A DNA stretch of 64,000 nucleotides, from assembly GCA_035623825.1 (NCBI GenBank), contig DASPSR010000007.1:64001-128000 (forward strand), written 5' to 3'. Source of the DNA: Nitrospirota bacterium (GTDB lineage: Bacteria > Nitrospirota > UBA9217). The notes under the pieces were generated by a model. That model saw only the letters and a program-made list of their open reading frames with translations. It did no database searches and was not told the origin of the DNA. Shown here in pieces: positions 38,709 through 48,926 of the stretch. The position numbers and the translations under genes are program-made. How positions within the stretch are numbered: the first letter of the stretch is position 1; every line of letters begins with the position of its first letter.

Positions 38709-39580
38709 ACGAAATTACGGTCAATGCGCCGGCAAAGATCAATCTTTGCCTGTCAGTGCTCGGGAAAAGATCAGACGGCTACCACGAGGTGGAGATGCTG
38801 ATGCAGATGGTCGGCCTGTATGACGAGGTAACGGTGGCACGGACGAGCCGCGGAGTCTGTGTCCGGTGTGATGACAGCTCGATACCATCGGGCGAGGCAA
38901 ACATGGCCTGGAAGGCCGCAGCAGCGATACTCAAGCTTTCAGGCAGTAATACGGGGCTCGATATAGAGATCAAGAAGGCTATTCCCGTAGCTGCAGGCCT
39001 CGGCGGGGGGAGCGGGGACGCCGCGGCTGTGCTTGCGGCTGCCAACAGGCTGCTTCAGACCGGTCTCAGCCGAGAACGGCTGGCTGAGGTGGGCGCCAAT
39101 CTTGGCATGGACGTGCCGTTCTTTTTCTACGGGCCCACAGCCATGGCACGGGGTCGGGGCGACATAATCACTGCGCTACGGCCGCTGCCGAGGTTCCCGG
39201 TTTTACTCGTAAATCCGGGGTTTGAGACCCCTACGGCATGGGTATACAATAACTTGAATTTGAGGTTGACAAAAAAAGTTGACTGTAATAAAATTGCAAG
39301 GCTTACGGTCCGAAATATCGCGGAAGGGCTCCATAATGACCTCGAGACCGTGACGGCGGCAGTACATCCCGTGATCGGAAAGATCGAAGAGGCATTGAGG
39401 GCCCAAGGTGCCGCCGGCGTGAGTATGAGCGGCAGCGGCCCCACGGTGTTCGGGATATTCGAGACCAAGAACGCCTGCCGGACAGCCGCGGAGAACCTTT
39501 CCCAAGAGGGATGGCGGCTCTATCCGGTGGAGTCATTGACCGAGTCGCCGATCGCGGAGTATCTTATAGAAGGGAGTTGA
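38705..39580 (+). CDS. ispE: 4-diphosphocytidyl-2-C-methyl-D-erythritol kinase
   Basis: APAKINL.L, DGYHE, IP..AGLGGGS, DVPFF, MSGSGPTVFG. Confidence 0.97.
   Translation: MNEITVNAPAKINLCLSVLGKRSDGYHEVEMLMQMVGLYDEVTVARTSRGVCVRCDDSSIPSGEANMAWKAAAAILKLSGSNTGLDIEIKKAIPVAAGLGGGSGDAAAVLAAANRLLQTGLSRERLAEVGANLGMDVPFFFYGPTAMARGRGDIITALRPLPRFPVLLVNPGFETPTAWVYNNLNLRLTKKVDCNKIARLTVRNIAEGLHNDLETVTAAVHPVIGKIEEALRAQGAAGVSMSGSGPTVFGIFETKNACRTAAENLSQEGWRLYPVESLTESPIAEYLIEGS
39266..39294 (+). promoter_or_regulatory. Sigma70 promoter internal to ispE
   Basis: TTGACA-17-TAAAAT in an AT-rich patch of the CDS. Confidence 0.7.
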
Positions 39581-39660
39581 AGTGATGATAAGGCACGGCG
39601 GCATGATGGAATTTCAGCGCTGAACGGGCGTCCGCGATTGTCCAGCATGAGGGGGCGTAT

Positions 39661-39957
39661 ATGGAAATCACAGAGGTCAGGGTATTTCCGGTAACGAACG
39701 AAGAGCGGCTGAAGGCCTATGCTACGATTACCATCGACAATGTGTTCCTCATCAGGGACCTCCGTGTCATCAATGGCAATGCCGGGCTGTTTGTGGCCAT
39801 GCCGAGCAGGAAGATGAAGGACGGGACTTTCAAAGACATCGCTCATCCTCTGAACAGCGAAACCAGGCAGATGATCGAATCGAAGGTCCTTTCCGAGTAT
39901 GAACGGGAGCTGGCGAACCCCACGAAACGGGAGTATCCGCCGAAGAACCCAGAATAG
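39661..39957 (+). CDS. spoVG: SpoVG nucleic-acid-binding protein
   Basis: MEITEVRV, LKA.A.IT.D..F, GLFVAMPS, F.DIAHP.N. Confidence 0.96.
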   Translation: MEITEVRVFPVTNEERLKAYATITIDNVFLIRDLRVINGNAGLFVAMPSRKMKDGTFKDIAHPLNSETRQMIESKVLSEYERELANPTKREYPPKNPE

Positions 39958-40007
39958 CCGTTGAGTCGCACCTGTATAAGTTCTGCCGATTCTACATCTA
40001 ATACGAG

Positions 40008-40032
40008 AGGATAGGCGCATGCCTATCCTTTT
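40008..40032 (+). terminator. Hairpin terminator after spoVG
   Basis: AGGATAGGC-GCAT-GCCTATCCT-TTT. Confidence 0.7.
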
Positions 40033-40075
40033 CATGTTTGTCCGGCCTAGATCTCATTTGAGATTCGGCCACCAA

Positions 40076-40149
40076 TCGGGGATCGTCTAATGGTAGGACA
40101 GAGGCCTTTGAAGCCTTTAATCGGGGTTCGACTCCCTGTCCCCGAACCA
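40076..40149 (+). tRNA. tRNA-Gln(TTG)
   Basis: Acceptor TCGGGGA/TCCCCGA, anticodon loop CT-TTG-AA, GTTCGACTC T-loop, encoded CCA; conserved position before prs. Confidence 0.95.
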
Positions 40150-40176
40150 GTCTGACAAGAGAGGTCTTTGAAGATT

Positions 40177-41124
40177 ATGGTTAAATCACGAGAGATCAAG
40201 GTATTCACCGGGAACGCAAACCCCGCACTGGCAAAGGAAATCTGCCAGAAGATGAGCATTCAGCTTGGAAACGCACTTGTGGGTCGGTTCAGCGACGGCG
40301 AAATCAACGTTCAGATCGTCGACAATGTGCGCGGTATGGACGTCTTCGTGGTGCAGCCCACGTCGAGCCCGGTGAATCGGCACATCATGGAGCTTCTCAT
40401 CATGATCGATGCGCTCAAGCGGGCCTCCGCCGAGAGGATCACGGCCGTGCTCCCCTACTATGGGTACGGCAGGCAGGACCGCAAGGTGCAGCCGCGAGTG
40501 CCCATTACCTCCAAGCTCGTGGCGGACTTGATTACTACTGCGGGGGCGAACCGCGTGCTCACTGTAGACCTGCATGCGGGCCAGATCCAAGGGTTCTTCA
40601 ATATCCCCGTTGACAACCTTTTCGCGGCACCGGTGCTTCTCGAGCATCTACGGCCGAAGAAGTTCACGAACCTGACGGTGGTGTCGCCGGACGCGGGTGG
40701 CGTGGAGCGGGCCAGGGCATTCGCCAAGAGGCTTAACGCCGCGCTTGCAATCATAGACAAGCGGCGAGACAAGCCGAATGTGGCCCAGGTTATGAACATC
40801 ATCGGCGATGTGAAAGAGCATGATTGCCTGCTGCTCGATGATATGGTGGATACCGCCGGCACCCTGACCGAGGGCGCTTCTGCTCTCAGGGCGAATGGCG
40901 CGGGCAAGATCTACGCTGCCTGCACGCACGCCGTGCTCTCGGGGCCAGCCATTACCCGGATCAATGAATCGGCAATCGACGAGTTAATCGCGACAAACAC
41001 AATTGCACTCGATAACAAACAGCAGGAATGCAAGAAGTTGACAGTCCTTTCGGTAGCGCAGCTGCTCGCCGATGCGATTACGAGGATCCACGAGGAGACT
41101 TCGCTGAGCTCGCTGTTCGTCTGA
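40177..41124 (+). CDS. prs: Ribose-phosphate pyrophosphokinase
   Basis: FSDGEI, PY.GY.RQDRK, DLHA.QIQGFF, VSPDAGG, DDMVDTAGT. Confidence 0.98.
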   Translation: MVKSREIKVFTGNANPALAKEICQKMSIQLGNALVGRFSDGEINVQIVDNVRGMDVFVVQPTSSPVNRHIMELLIMIDALKRASAERITAVLPYYGYGRQDRKVQPRVPITSKLVADLITTAGANRVLTVDLHAGQIQGFFNIPVDNLFAAPVLLEHLRPKKFTNLTVVSPDAGGVERARAFAKRLNAALAIIDKRRDKPNVAQVMNIIGDVKEHDCLLLDDMVDTAGTLTEGASALRANGAGKIYAACTHAVLSGPAITRINESAIDELIATNTIALDNKQQECKKLTVLSVAQLLADAITRIHEETSLSSLFV

Positions 41125-41186
41125 AATAAAATCAAACCGTTTGAACCGTACAGATAGTTCAAACGGAGTTTACTTACGGAGGAGAT

Positions 41187-41939
41187 ATGGAAAAGATCGC
41201 ATTAACAGCACAGGTCCGAGAGAAGGCAGGCAAAGGAGTCGCCCGGGGCCTCAGGCGAAGCCAGATGGTGCCGGCGGTTCTCTATAGTCGTGGTAAGTCC
41301 GTGCCCATCGCGCTGGGCAATAAGGAAGTAACGAGGATCCTCAACGCCAAGGGCGGGGAGCACGCGCTCATCAGTCTCAAAGTCGAGGGAGCCAAAGGGG
41401 CGGCCGAGCGGATGGCCCTGATCAAGGATTATCAACTCGACCCCATAACCAGTTCGCTCCTGCACGTCGACCTCATGGAGGTCGCCATGAACGAGAAGGT
41501 GAAGATCCCGGTTGCGGTGCATTTGAGCGGCGCATCCATAGGCGTGAAGGAAGGCGGCATCCTCCAGTACGGGATCCGGGACGTCGAGGTGGAATGCCTC
41601 CCGTATCAGATCCCTGACCACATCGAGATTAACATTTCGGCGCTCAAGGTCAACGAGTCTCTCCACGTGAGGGATATTGCAATCGCGGAGGGTGTCAGGA
41701 TTCTGACCGATGGGGATGCTACCGTCGTGACCATCCAGCCGCCGATATCTGATGCCAAGCTTGAAGCCATGCTGTCCGCGACGCCCGCGGTGACGGAAGC
41801 CGGCGAACCAGAACTCGTCAAGAAGCCCAAGAAAGAAGCTGAGGTCGCAGCAGCTGCACCGGCGGCCGCCGAGACCAAGGGCAAAGAAGCAGCCCCTAAA
41901 GAGACCGCGCCGAAGAAGGAAGCCGCACCCAAGAAGTAG
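41187..41939 (+). CDS. rplY: 50S ribosomal protein L25/Ctc
   Basis: GKG.AR.LR...VPAV.Y, Q.DP, LHVD, GVK.GG; Lys/Ala/Pro-rich tail. Confidence 0.96.
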   Translation: MEKIALTAQVREKAGKGVARGLRRSQMVPAVLYSRGKSVPIALGNKEVTRILNAKGGEHALISLKVEGAKGAAERMALIKDYQLDPITSSLLHVDLMEVAMNEKVKIPVAVHLSGASIGVKEGGILQYGIRDVEVECLPYQIPDHIEINISALKVNESLHVRDIAIAEGVRILTDGDATVVTIQPPISDAKLEAMLSATPAVTEAGEPELVKKPKKEAEVAAAAPAAAETKGKEAAPKETAPKKEAAPKK

Positions 41940-41995
41940 GATCCCGATGAGGTGCCGTCTTCTGCAGTGAACATGGATCACATCCTGAATTCTCG

Positions 41996-42562
41996 ATGAA
42001 AATCGTCGTCGTTGGGCTTGGCAACCCTGGCAAGAGGTACGAGCGCACGCGCCACAACGCTGGTTTTATGGCGGTGGGAGAGCTTGCCCGCCGTCTCCGA
42101 ATCGAGGTTTTCCAGGAAAAGAGTCACTCTCTCATCGGCAGGGGGCGCATTGAGACCGCACAAATCGTGCTGGCCAAACCGCAGACATTTATGAACGAAA
42201 GCGGCAGGGCCGTCGCTGCGATCCTCCACGATTTCTATGTATCCCCCGGCGATCTCATCGTGATCCATGATGATCTCGACCTCCCGCTCGGTACGGTCAG
42301 GATAAAGACCGGCGGCGGACACAGCGGCCACAATGGGCTACGGTCCGTCATCGAATCCCTCGGTACGCCTGATTTCGTCAGGGTGCGTATGGGAATCGGG
42401 AGGCCTGCCCAGGGCGTGGATTCCGCGGACTATGTGCTCAGCCCTTTTCTCTCGGACGAGAAGAAGGCAGTGGCCGATGAGGCTGACAGGGCCGCTGACG
42501 CAGTGTTGGCCATTGCGTCACAGGGCATGACCAAGGCGATGAGCCTGTTCAATCAACGGTAA
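41996..42562 (+). CDS. pth: Peptidyl-tRNA hydrolase
   Basis: VGLGNPG..Y..TRHNAGF, KP.TFMN.SG, HDDLDL, GHNGLRS. Confidence 0.98.
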   Translation: MKIVVVGLGNPGKRYERTRHNAGFMAVGELARRLRIEVFQEKSHSLIGRGRIETAQIVLAKPQTFMNESGRAVAAILHDFYVSPGDLIVIHDDLDLPLGTVRIKTGGGHSGHNGLRSVIESLGTPDFVRVRMGIGRPAQGVDSADYVLSPFLSDEKKAVADEADRAADAVLAIASQGMTKAMSLFNQR

Positions 42563-42572
42563 CCATACGGTG

Positions 42573-42613
42573 ACCCGGACCTGTAGGCAGCATACCAACA
42601 GTCCGGGTTTTTT
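42573..42613 (+). terminator. Rho-independent terminator after pth
   Basis: ACCCGGAC...GTCCGGGT followed by a T-run. Confidence 0.75.
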
Positions 42614-42753
42614 ATTTGAAAACGCATTTGCGGCGGAGACCATCGAGGTCATCGGGAAAACGATTAATGAATCTCAGAAGGAGTGGAGAAGAGGTTCTTA
42701 TTCTCATCCGATTTTCCGAGAACATCCGCCTATCCAAAAAAGAAAGGACCTTT

Positions 42754-43848
42754 ATGGGTTTTAACTGCGGTATTGTCGGCCTGCCGAACGTAGGCAAGTC
42801 CACCATCTTCAACGCGCTGACATCGGCTGGCGCCCAGGCATCGAACTATCCCTTTACGACCATCGATCCGAATGTGGGGATGGTGGACATGCCTGACGAG
42901 CGGCTCGACAGGCTTGCTGAGATATACCAACCGAAAAAAGTCACACCGACGACCATGGAGTTCGTAGATATCGCAGGGCTTGTCAAGGGCGCAGCGCAGG
43001 GAGAGGGGCTCGGGAACAAGTTTCTGGCCAACATCCGCGAGATGGACGCCATCGCCCATGTGGTGCGCTGTTTCGATGACCCGAACGTGGTCCACGTGGC
43101 GGGGAAGGTCGACCCGCTGACGGACATCGAGGTAATTGAGGCCGAGCTCATGCTTGCGGACTTGGATTCAGTCGAGAAGAGGCTCTTCAAGGCCGAGAAG
43201 CTGGTCAAAGCCGGAGACAAGAAGGCACTGGAAGAACTGGAGTTCATGACGCGGCTCAAGGACATTCTCGGCAGGGGAGAGCCCATACGCCGCTCGACAC
43301 ATTCCGAAGATGAGGTGATTTGGCTCAAACAGTACAATTTGTTGTCGGCAAAGCCTGTCCTGTACGTGGCGAACGTCGCCGAGGACATGCTCGACAAGCC
43401 CAATCCGCACGTGGACGCCGTCCGGAAAATTGCAGCGGAAGAAGGCGCGAAGGTTGTAGTAATATCGGGCCAGGTGGAGGGAGAGATTGCCCAGCTTCCG
43501 AAAGAAGAGCGTAAGGAATACCTCGCAGGCATGGGACTTAAGGAATCAGGCCTCGATCGCATGATCCGCGCGGGTTATGACCTGCTCGGCCTCATCACTT
43601 ACTTTACAGCGGGAGAGAAGGAGGTCCGCGCGTGGACCATCACCGAAGGCACCAAGGCGCCGCAGGCTGCCGGCAAGATTCACACGGATTTCGAAAAGGG
43701 GTTCATCCGCGCCGAGGTGTTTCATTACGATGACCTCATGAGGCTCGGGAACCCACAGTCGGTGAAAGAGGCGGGTCTGCTCCGTTCAGAAGGAAAGGAT
43801 TACGTGGTTAAGGACGGGGACATTATGCTGTTCAGATTCAATGTCTGA
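42754..43848 (+). CDS. ychF: Redox-regulated ATPase YchF
   Basis: GIVGLPNVGKST.FN, NYPFTTI.PN, DIAGLV.GA..GEGLGNKFL, TGS domain. Confidence 0.98.
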   Translation: MGFNCGIVGLPNVGKSTIFNALTSAGAQASNYPFTTIDPNVGMVDMPDERLDRLAEIYQPKKVTPTTMEFVDIAGLVKGAAQGEGLGNKFLANIREMDAIAHVVRCFDDPNVVHVAGKVDPLTDIEVIEAELMLADLDSVEKRLFKAEKLVKAGDKKALEELEFMTRLKDILGRGEPIRRSTHSEDEVIWLKQYNLLSAKPVLYVANVAEDMLDKPNPHVDAVRKIAAEEGAKVVVISGQVEGEIAQLPKEERKEYLAGMGLKESGLDRMIRAGYDLLGLITYFTAGEKEVRAWTITEGTKAPQAAGKIHTDFEKGFIRAEVFHYDDLMRLGNPQSVKEAGLLRSEGKDYVVKDGDIMLFRFNV

Positions 43849-44054
43849 TTTCCCTCCGGATCATGATCCCCCTGCACTCGCGGTATTTTGATTTAGTAGC
43901 TTGATTTTTACTTGTTGCGCTAAACCTGTGCTGAAATTCGCTTGATGTTTGCCTTATGAATGTGGTATTTATGAACTATTCACGATCCCGCTTATCAGGT
44001 TTCTGATGATATTTTGTTCGTAGTTTCACGACGGTCATCGTGTGAGCTAGTCTT

Positions 44055-45191
44055 GTGGACCGGCTGCGGGAATCTATCGAAAAGGATCTTCAAACAGTGG
44101 TGAAGCATTGCAGTATCATGTTTCTCTTGCTCTTCAGCATCTTCGTTCGCGGCGCCTCCTCCGAGACGCCTGAGGATAGTTGTCTCACCATTGCCGCCGT
44201 CGGCGACATCATGATGGGCACAACGTACCCTGAGAACATGCTCCCGCCGAAAGACGGAGTCGGGATCTTCGACGGCGTGAAGGACGCACTCGCGGGCAAC
44301 GACATCGTATTCGGTAACCTCGAGGGGCCGCTCGTGGACGAGGGGACCACAACAAAATGCAAGGGGCCGGGAAAGACGTGCTATGCCTTCAAGACACCGA
44401 CGCGGTATGTAAAGTATTTGAAGGAAGCGGGTTTCACAACGCTAAATATTGCCAACAATCATGCCTCCGACTTCGGGCAGGAGGGACTCGAGAGCACTCT
44501 CCGCACGCTCGACGGAGCGGGTATCCAACCCGTCGGCGGGAAGGTGGTCGCGCATTTTGAAATCAAAGGGAAACGAATTGTCGTGGCTGGATTCTCCTTT
44601 TCTGATTCACTTTATTCCTTTTCCATCCTTGATACTGATGCCGCGCAGAAGGTCGTCCGCGAACTGAAGGCCGCAAACGATCTCGTTATCGTATCGTTTC
44701 ACGGCGGAGCCGAGGGATCATCTGCGGCCCACGTGACCGGCGAGAACGAGGTGTTTCTTGGAGAAGAGCGGGGGAATGTGGCCTTTTTTGCGAAAGCGGT
44801 CATCGACGCCGGCGCGGACATGGTCATCGGCCACGGCCCACATGTGCTGCGGGCCGTAACGGTGTACAAGCACAAGCTGATAGTATACAGTCTCGGAAAT
44901 TTTCTGACCTATGAGCGGTTCAATCTCGACGGTCCGAACGGGGTGAGCGTCATCCTGAAAGCGCGCATCGACGCTTCGACGGGCGATTTCATCGACGGAG
45001 AACTGGTACCGGTGAGGCTTGTGAATGAGGGCATTCCACTGCGCGACCCGACAGGTCGAGGCATCACGATTATCAGAAAGTTGACGAAGGAAGATACCGC
45101 CGGAGGGAATATATCGATTGCTGACAATGGCAGGTTTTGCATCGGAGATGACTGTCTCAACCGTACCACCTCCGTAAGGGCTCTTCATTAG
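44055..45191 (+). CDS. CapA-family (poly-gamma-glutamate synthesis-like) metallophosphoesterase
   Basis: VGDIM, GNLEG, ANNH..DFG, SFHGG.E, GHGPHV, YSLGNF; start uncertain (44055-44118). Confidence 0.9.
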   Translation: MDRLRESIEKDLQTVVKHCSIMFLLLFSIFVRGASSETPEDSCLTIAAVGDIMMGTTYPENMLPPKDGVGIFDGVKDALAGNDIVFGNLEGPLVDEGTTTKCKGPGKTCYAFKTPTRYVKYLKEAGFTTLNIANNHASDFGQEGLESTLRTLDGAGIQPVGGKVVAHFEIKGKRIVVAGFSFSDSLYSFSILDTDAAQKVVRELKAANDLVIVSFHGGAEGSSAAHVTGENEVFLGEERGNVAFFAKAVIDAGADMVIGHGPHVLRAVTVYKHKLIVYSLGNFLTYERFNLDGPNGVSVILKARIDASTGDFIDGELVPVRLVNEGIPLRDPTGRGITIIRKLTKEDTAGGNISIADNGRFCIGDDCLNRTTSVRALH

Positions 45192-45524
45192 AGGGATCAC
45201 CGGAACCGGATACGGAGCTGTCCCGGCGACAGCACATAGAAAAAGGTTTGATGAACCGACGGCGAAGAGGTTGTGGGCAAAAAGCCAAGAGATGGGGAAT
45301 GATCCGTTGATCTACCCGGCCTGGAGGCCGGGGGTTTCAAATCAGGAAAAACCTTAGGATATGCTTCTGGACTTCCCCGAGTCATGGGCTCAGGCTTGGT
45401 ATTATTCCAGACGACGCGGTGACCACAATCTGTAGCAAGCAGGCTAACCTTATATGCTTTCGCTTTGGAAGATGCCTTCAGGCCAAGAACATGTTTTTTG
45501 GCATACCGCTCATCCCCTTCATAA

Positions 45525-46628
45525 TTAAACTCTCATGCCGGTCAACTCGTTCATTAGGGTTTTGACGGGGAGAATCCTGTCTACTCTCGCGGCATTGGTA
45601 CCTACCGTATAGAGCGGTTCTTCCTTGTCCGTATTGTATCCTGCTGAACTCAACAGACCGTTGCAGATACAGAAGTAATCCTTATTGTCTTCCTTTGCGG
45701 GGCAGACGGTAAAGTTGCCCTCTGCATCCTTCATGAGCACATATCCCTTGTCGCACTTGGGCGGTCTCTTTTGCTGCAGCGAAGAGACATACATGGGGGA
45801 CTGCATTATGACCCGAAATGGCAGTCCGCAGGGCGATCCCGGATGATGCGCGACGAGGATGTCCTCTTTCTTTGCCCTGACCACGGCCTGCTTGTATGTC
45901 GTGGAGGCACTGCTTTCCTCGGTTGCGAGAAACCGCGTCCCCATCTGCACGCCGTCGGCGCCCATGCTCATGAATCTCGTTATGTCATCATGCGTGTAGA
46001 TCCCGCCAGCGACTATAACGGGGAAGTCCCCGCATTTGACTGCCCTGTCCTTGATCAGCGGGAGGAGGTTCTCAAGCCTATTGGATTCAAGGTCAACTTG
46101 GTCGATCCTGAAGCCCAGGTGGCCCCCCGCCAAGGGGCCCTCAAGCACAACGGCGTCCGGACGGTACCCCAGTTTCTCCCATTTCTTGCAGATGATATCG
46201 AGCGCCCGAGGCGACGATACGATGGGGATCAACGCCGTCTCCTTCGGCGGCTGAATTGCCGGGAGGCCGAGCGGCAGGCCGGCACCGGAGATTATGACAT
46301 CGGCTCCGGCATCAAGGGCGCCCTTAACCGAATCATTGAAGTCTCTGGCAAGGGCCATCATTATGTTTATGCCGGCGAATCCCCCTTCCGTCTTTGCCAG
46401 CGAAACTTCCTCGTATGCTGCTTCATAGGTGTTCTTTTTCTTCCCCGTTCTGCTGCTTACCAGCCGGTCAAGGCATGCGCTTGATACGATACCGAGTCCG
46501 CCTTCTTTCGCAACCGCCCGTGCCAGGGGATGCAGCGACACCCCAACGCCCATCCCGCCCTGGATGATGGGTATTTTTATTCTTTTGCCTTTGATGATGA
46601 GCGGTTGTAACGCCGAATTAGAATTCAA
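45525..46628 (-). CDS. Nitronate monooxygenase / FabK-like flavoprotein
   Basis: PIIQGGMGVG, SGAGLP, EGPLAGGHLG, AGGI, GVQMGTRF. Confidence 0.9.
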   Translation of the reverse strand: MNSNSALQPLIIKGKRIKIPIIQGGMGVGVSLHPLARAVAKEGGLGIVSSACLDRLVSSRTGKKKNTYEAAYEEVSLAKTEGGFAGINIMMALARDFNDSVKGALDAGADVIISGAGLPLGLPAIQPPKETALIPIVSSPRALDIICKKWEKLGYRPDAVVLEGPLAGGHLGFRIDQVDLESNRLENLLPLIKDRAVKCGDFPVIVAGGIYTHDDITRFMSMGADGVQMGTRFLATEESSASTTYKQAVVRAKKEDILVAHHPGSPCGLPFRVIMQSPMYVSSLQQKRPPKCDKGYVLMKDAEGNFTVCPAKEDNKDYFCICNGLLSSAGYNTDKEEPLYTVGTNAARVDRILPVKTLMNELTGMRV

Positions 46629-46737
46629 ATTGCCCCCTTCTCTCTTTCCCGCTGCCAGAAGATAATCTCATCCTGTTTTTTCTCAAGCAGTCAACATCGC
46701 AAGGTTTCGAAAAATAATGACACGAAAAACGGGTGAT

Positions 46738-46766
46738 ATTATACCACATGGATAGTCCTTATACAA
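46738..46766 (-). promoter_or_regulatory. Sigma70 promoter (extended -10) of the flavoprotein gene
   Basis: TTGTAT-17-TATAAT with TG extension. Confidence 0.7.
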
Positions 46767-46905
46767 ACAAGATTTTACAAGATTTTACAGAACGTGATGT
46801 AAAAAAGCGCATGATGGGGCTATAAACAATTTATTTTCAAAATCACACGGTTTTAATCCACGTCGTGGATGATATTTCCGCCTTTTCCAAAAATGAATTT
46901 TCTTA

Positions 46906-46934
46906 TTGACGACATGAGCTGAATGAGGTATCAT
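46906..46934 (+). promoter_or_regulatory. Sigma70 promoter of the phospholipase C-like gene
   Basis: TTGACG-17-TATCAT. Confidence 0.6.
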
Positions 46935-47000
46935 AAAAAAGTCGTCAATTTATCAATAATCTTTTTTCTGGGCACTCCCAGGAAGAGCGGACTTATTATA

Positions 47001-47684
47001 ATGTACTTTGTTCTTCTTGTAGCCGGATTTATACTTGTTCCGTCCTTTGCGTTCGCATGGGGGCCCATGACCCACATGTATCTCGGCAATGAACTTCTCT
47101 CCTGTGCTCCGCTGCTCCCCGCCGGCATCCTCGCGCTTCTGAAAAAACATAAGCAGGACTTCCTCTATGGCAATCTCATGGCCGACATCATTCTCGGGAA
47201 AAAATATCTGCCCGATGATAAGAGTTCGCACTCTTGGGATGTGGGATTGAAACTCCTAGACCAGGCCAAGACGTGGCCCGAGCGGGCTTTTGCCTACGGT
47301 TATCTCGGCCATCTTGCCGCTGATACCGTGGCTCATGAAGCCCTTACGGACGAGAAAGGGAACATGGGACACACTTGGATTGAGATGAAGGCCGACAGCC
47401 TGATCGATAAGATCTACTGGTTGCAGTGCGTTACGATTAGCAAGACGGTCCGCCGGAGGAGCGATCTTCTCCTCGAGAACTCCCTCGACAGCTATATTTT
47501 TTCGTTCAAAACGAATAAGAGAATATACAAGAGCATGGTCTTCCTCTCTTTTCTCAATAAGAAGAGACGGCGAGGCGTTGACAGGGAGCTCATTCACGAT
47601 CTTCACGAGGAGTCTATTGCGCGCATGCTGGACCTGCTCAAGAACGGCACTGATTCCGCGGTCCTGCAGAAAAATCCGCTCTAA
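47001..47684 (+). CDS. Zinc-dependent phospholipase C / S1-P1-like family protein
   Basis: Signal AFA|WGP.TH, F.YG...AD, H, GYL.HL.AD.VAH, H...E. Confidence 0.85.
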   Translation: MYFVLLVAGFILVPSFAFAWGPMTHMYLGNELLSCAPLLPAGILALLKKHKQDFLYGNLMADIILGKKYLPDDKSSHSWDVGLKLLDQAKTWPERAFAYGYLGHLAADTVAHEALTDEKGNMGHTWIEMKADSLIDKIYWLQCVTISKTVRRRSDLLLENSLDSYIFSFKTNKRIYKSMVFLSFLNKKRRRGVDRELIHDLHEESIARMLDLLKNGTDSAVLQKNPL

Positions 47685-47798
47685 TCACATCATATTCTTT
47701 CCCCCGTCGTTTCTTTCTTGTCTCGACTGGCGTTACGTCAAAGCTGGTATAGTATCATCGCGGAGAGGATTTCACGAAAATCCTGAGAGGAGGCGAGC

Positions 47799-48281
47799 AT
47801 GGAGACGATTACAGTCCCGGTTGACATCCCTGAAGGCTGCAACATCATTCTCGGCCAGACCCATTTCATTAAGACAGCGGAAGACCTATACGAGATTATC
47901 GCCGGAACCGTGCCGCAGGCGAAGTTCGGCATTGCCTTTACCGAGGCATCGGGTCCCTGCCTGATCCGAGTCGAAGGGAACGACGAGGGCCTCATTGCGG
48001 CGTGTGCAAAGACCCTTGGGGCCATCGGCGCGGGCCACATATTCTGCATCTATCTGAAGAACGCCTTTCCCATCAATGTCCTCAACCAGATCAAAGCCTG
48101 CCACGAGGTCTGCCGTGTTTTCTGCGCCACGGCGAACCCGCTCGAGGTTGTCGTAGCGTCGACCGCACAAGGACGGGGCATCCTCGGCGTGATCGACGGC
48201 TTCTCTCCGAGAGGTGTGGAGACTTCATCCGACCGTGCGCAGCGGAAAGAGTTCCTCCGCAAGATAGGGTACAAGCTTTGA
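47799..48281 (+). CDS. Adenosine-specific kinase family (DUF355)
   Basis: N.ILGQ.HFIKT.ED, FG.AF.EASG..L.R..GND, CATANP, GVIDG, IGYK. Confidence 0.92.
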   Translation: METITVPVDIPEGCNIILGQTHFIKTAEDLYEIIAGTVPQAKFGIAFTEASGPCLIRVEGNDEGLIAACAKTLGAIGAGHIFCIYLKNAFPINVLNQIKACHEVCRVFCATANPLEVVVASTAQGRGILGVIDGFSPRGVETSSDRAQRKEFLRKIGYKL

Positions 48282-48428
48282 ACTTGTTTGAAGACCATGA
48301 AGATTTCAACGGTATTTCACATCTTGCCATATTGTGTAAGCCAGTGAGCAGGAACCTGTCGGTCAGGTCCTATTGTCATTTTAAGAAACGCGTTCCGACA
48401 GCCCCACTTTATATTAAAAGAGGGTCGT

Positions 48429-48926
48429 ATGAACACTACACATGATGATGTCCTCGGTGGCCATTTAAGATCAACGCTAGGGCTCGAGATGCGCGTTCAC
48501 GATGTGATGACGAAAGAGGTTATTTCAATCCCGAAATTTGAGAGCATCGTGCGCGCGGCAAATATTTTATCGGAGAAAAACATAAGCGGGCTGCCTGTAG
48601 TGGACAAGGGACAGAAAGTGATCGGCATTATTACGCAAGCTGATATCCTTTCTATGTTGGGCGTGGGCAGGGATCATACTTTCAAAGACCTGTTAAAATA
48701 TATGCTCGGAGAGCCGCTTCCTGAACGCAAGATCGGGGACCTTGTAGGAGACATTATGACTGCTCCGGCATTAACCATAAGACCCGACGCGAACATTGCT
48801 GAAGTCGTACGGATTATGGATGAGAGAAAGGTCAGAAGATTACCGGTGGTAGATGAAAGGGATATCCTGATCGGGATTATATCGAGAGCCGACATTTTGA
48901 AGGCGGTAATCAGAAAATTAAAATGA
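48429..48926 (+). CDS. CBS-pair protein
   Basis: V.DVMT, ISGLPVVD, GIIT..D, RRLPVVD. Confidence 0.9.
   Translation: MNTTHDDVLGGHLRSTLGLEMRVHDVMTKEVISIPKFESIVRAANILSEKNISGLPVVDKGQKVIGIITQADILSMLGVGRDHTFKDLLKYMLGEPLPERKIGDLVGDIMTAPALTIRPDANIAEVVRIMDERKVRRLPVVDERDILIGIISRADILKAVIRKLK

Noticed and set aside
45197-45385. 62-aa minus-strand ORF after the flavoprotein gene
   Set aside because: No SD, no recognisable motif, Pro/Ser-rich composition typical of spurious frames.
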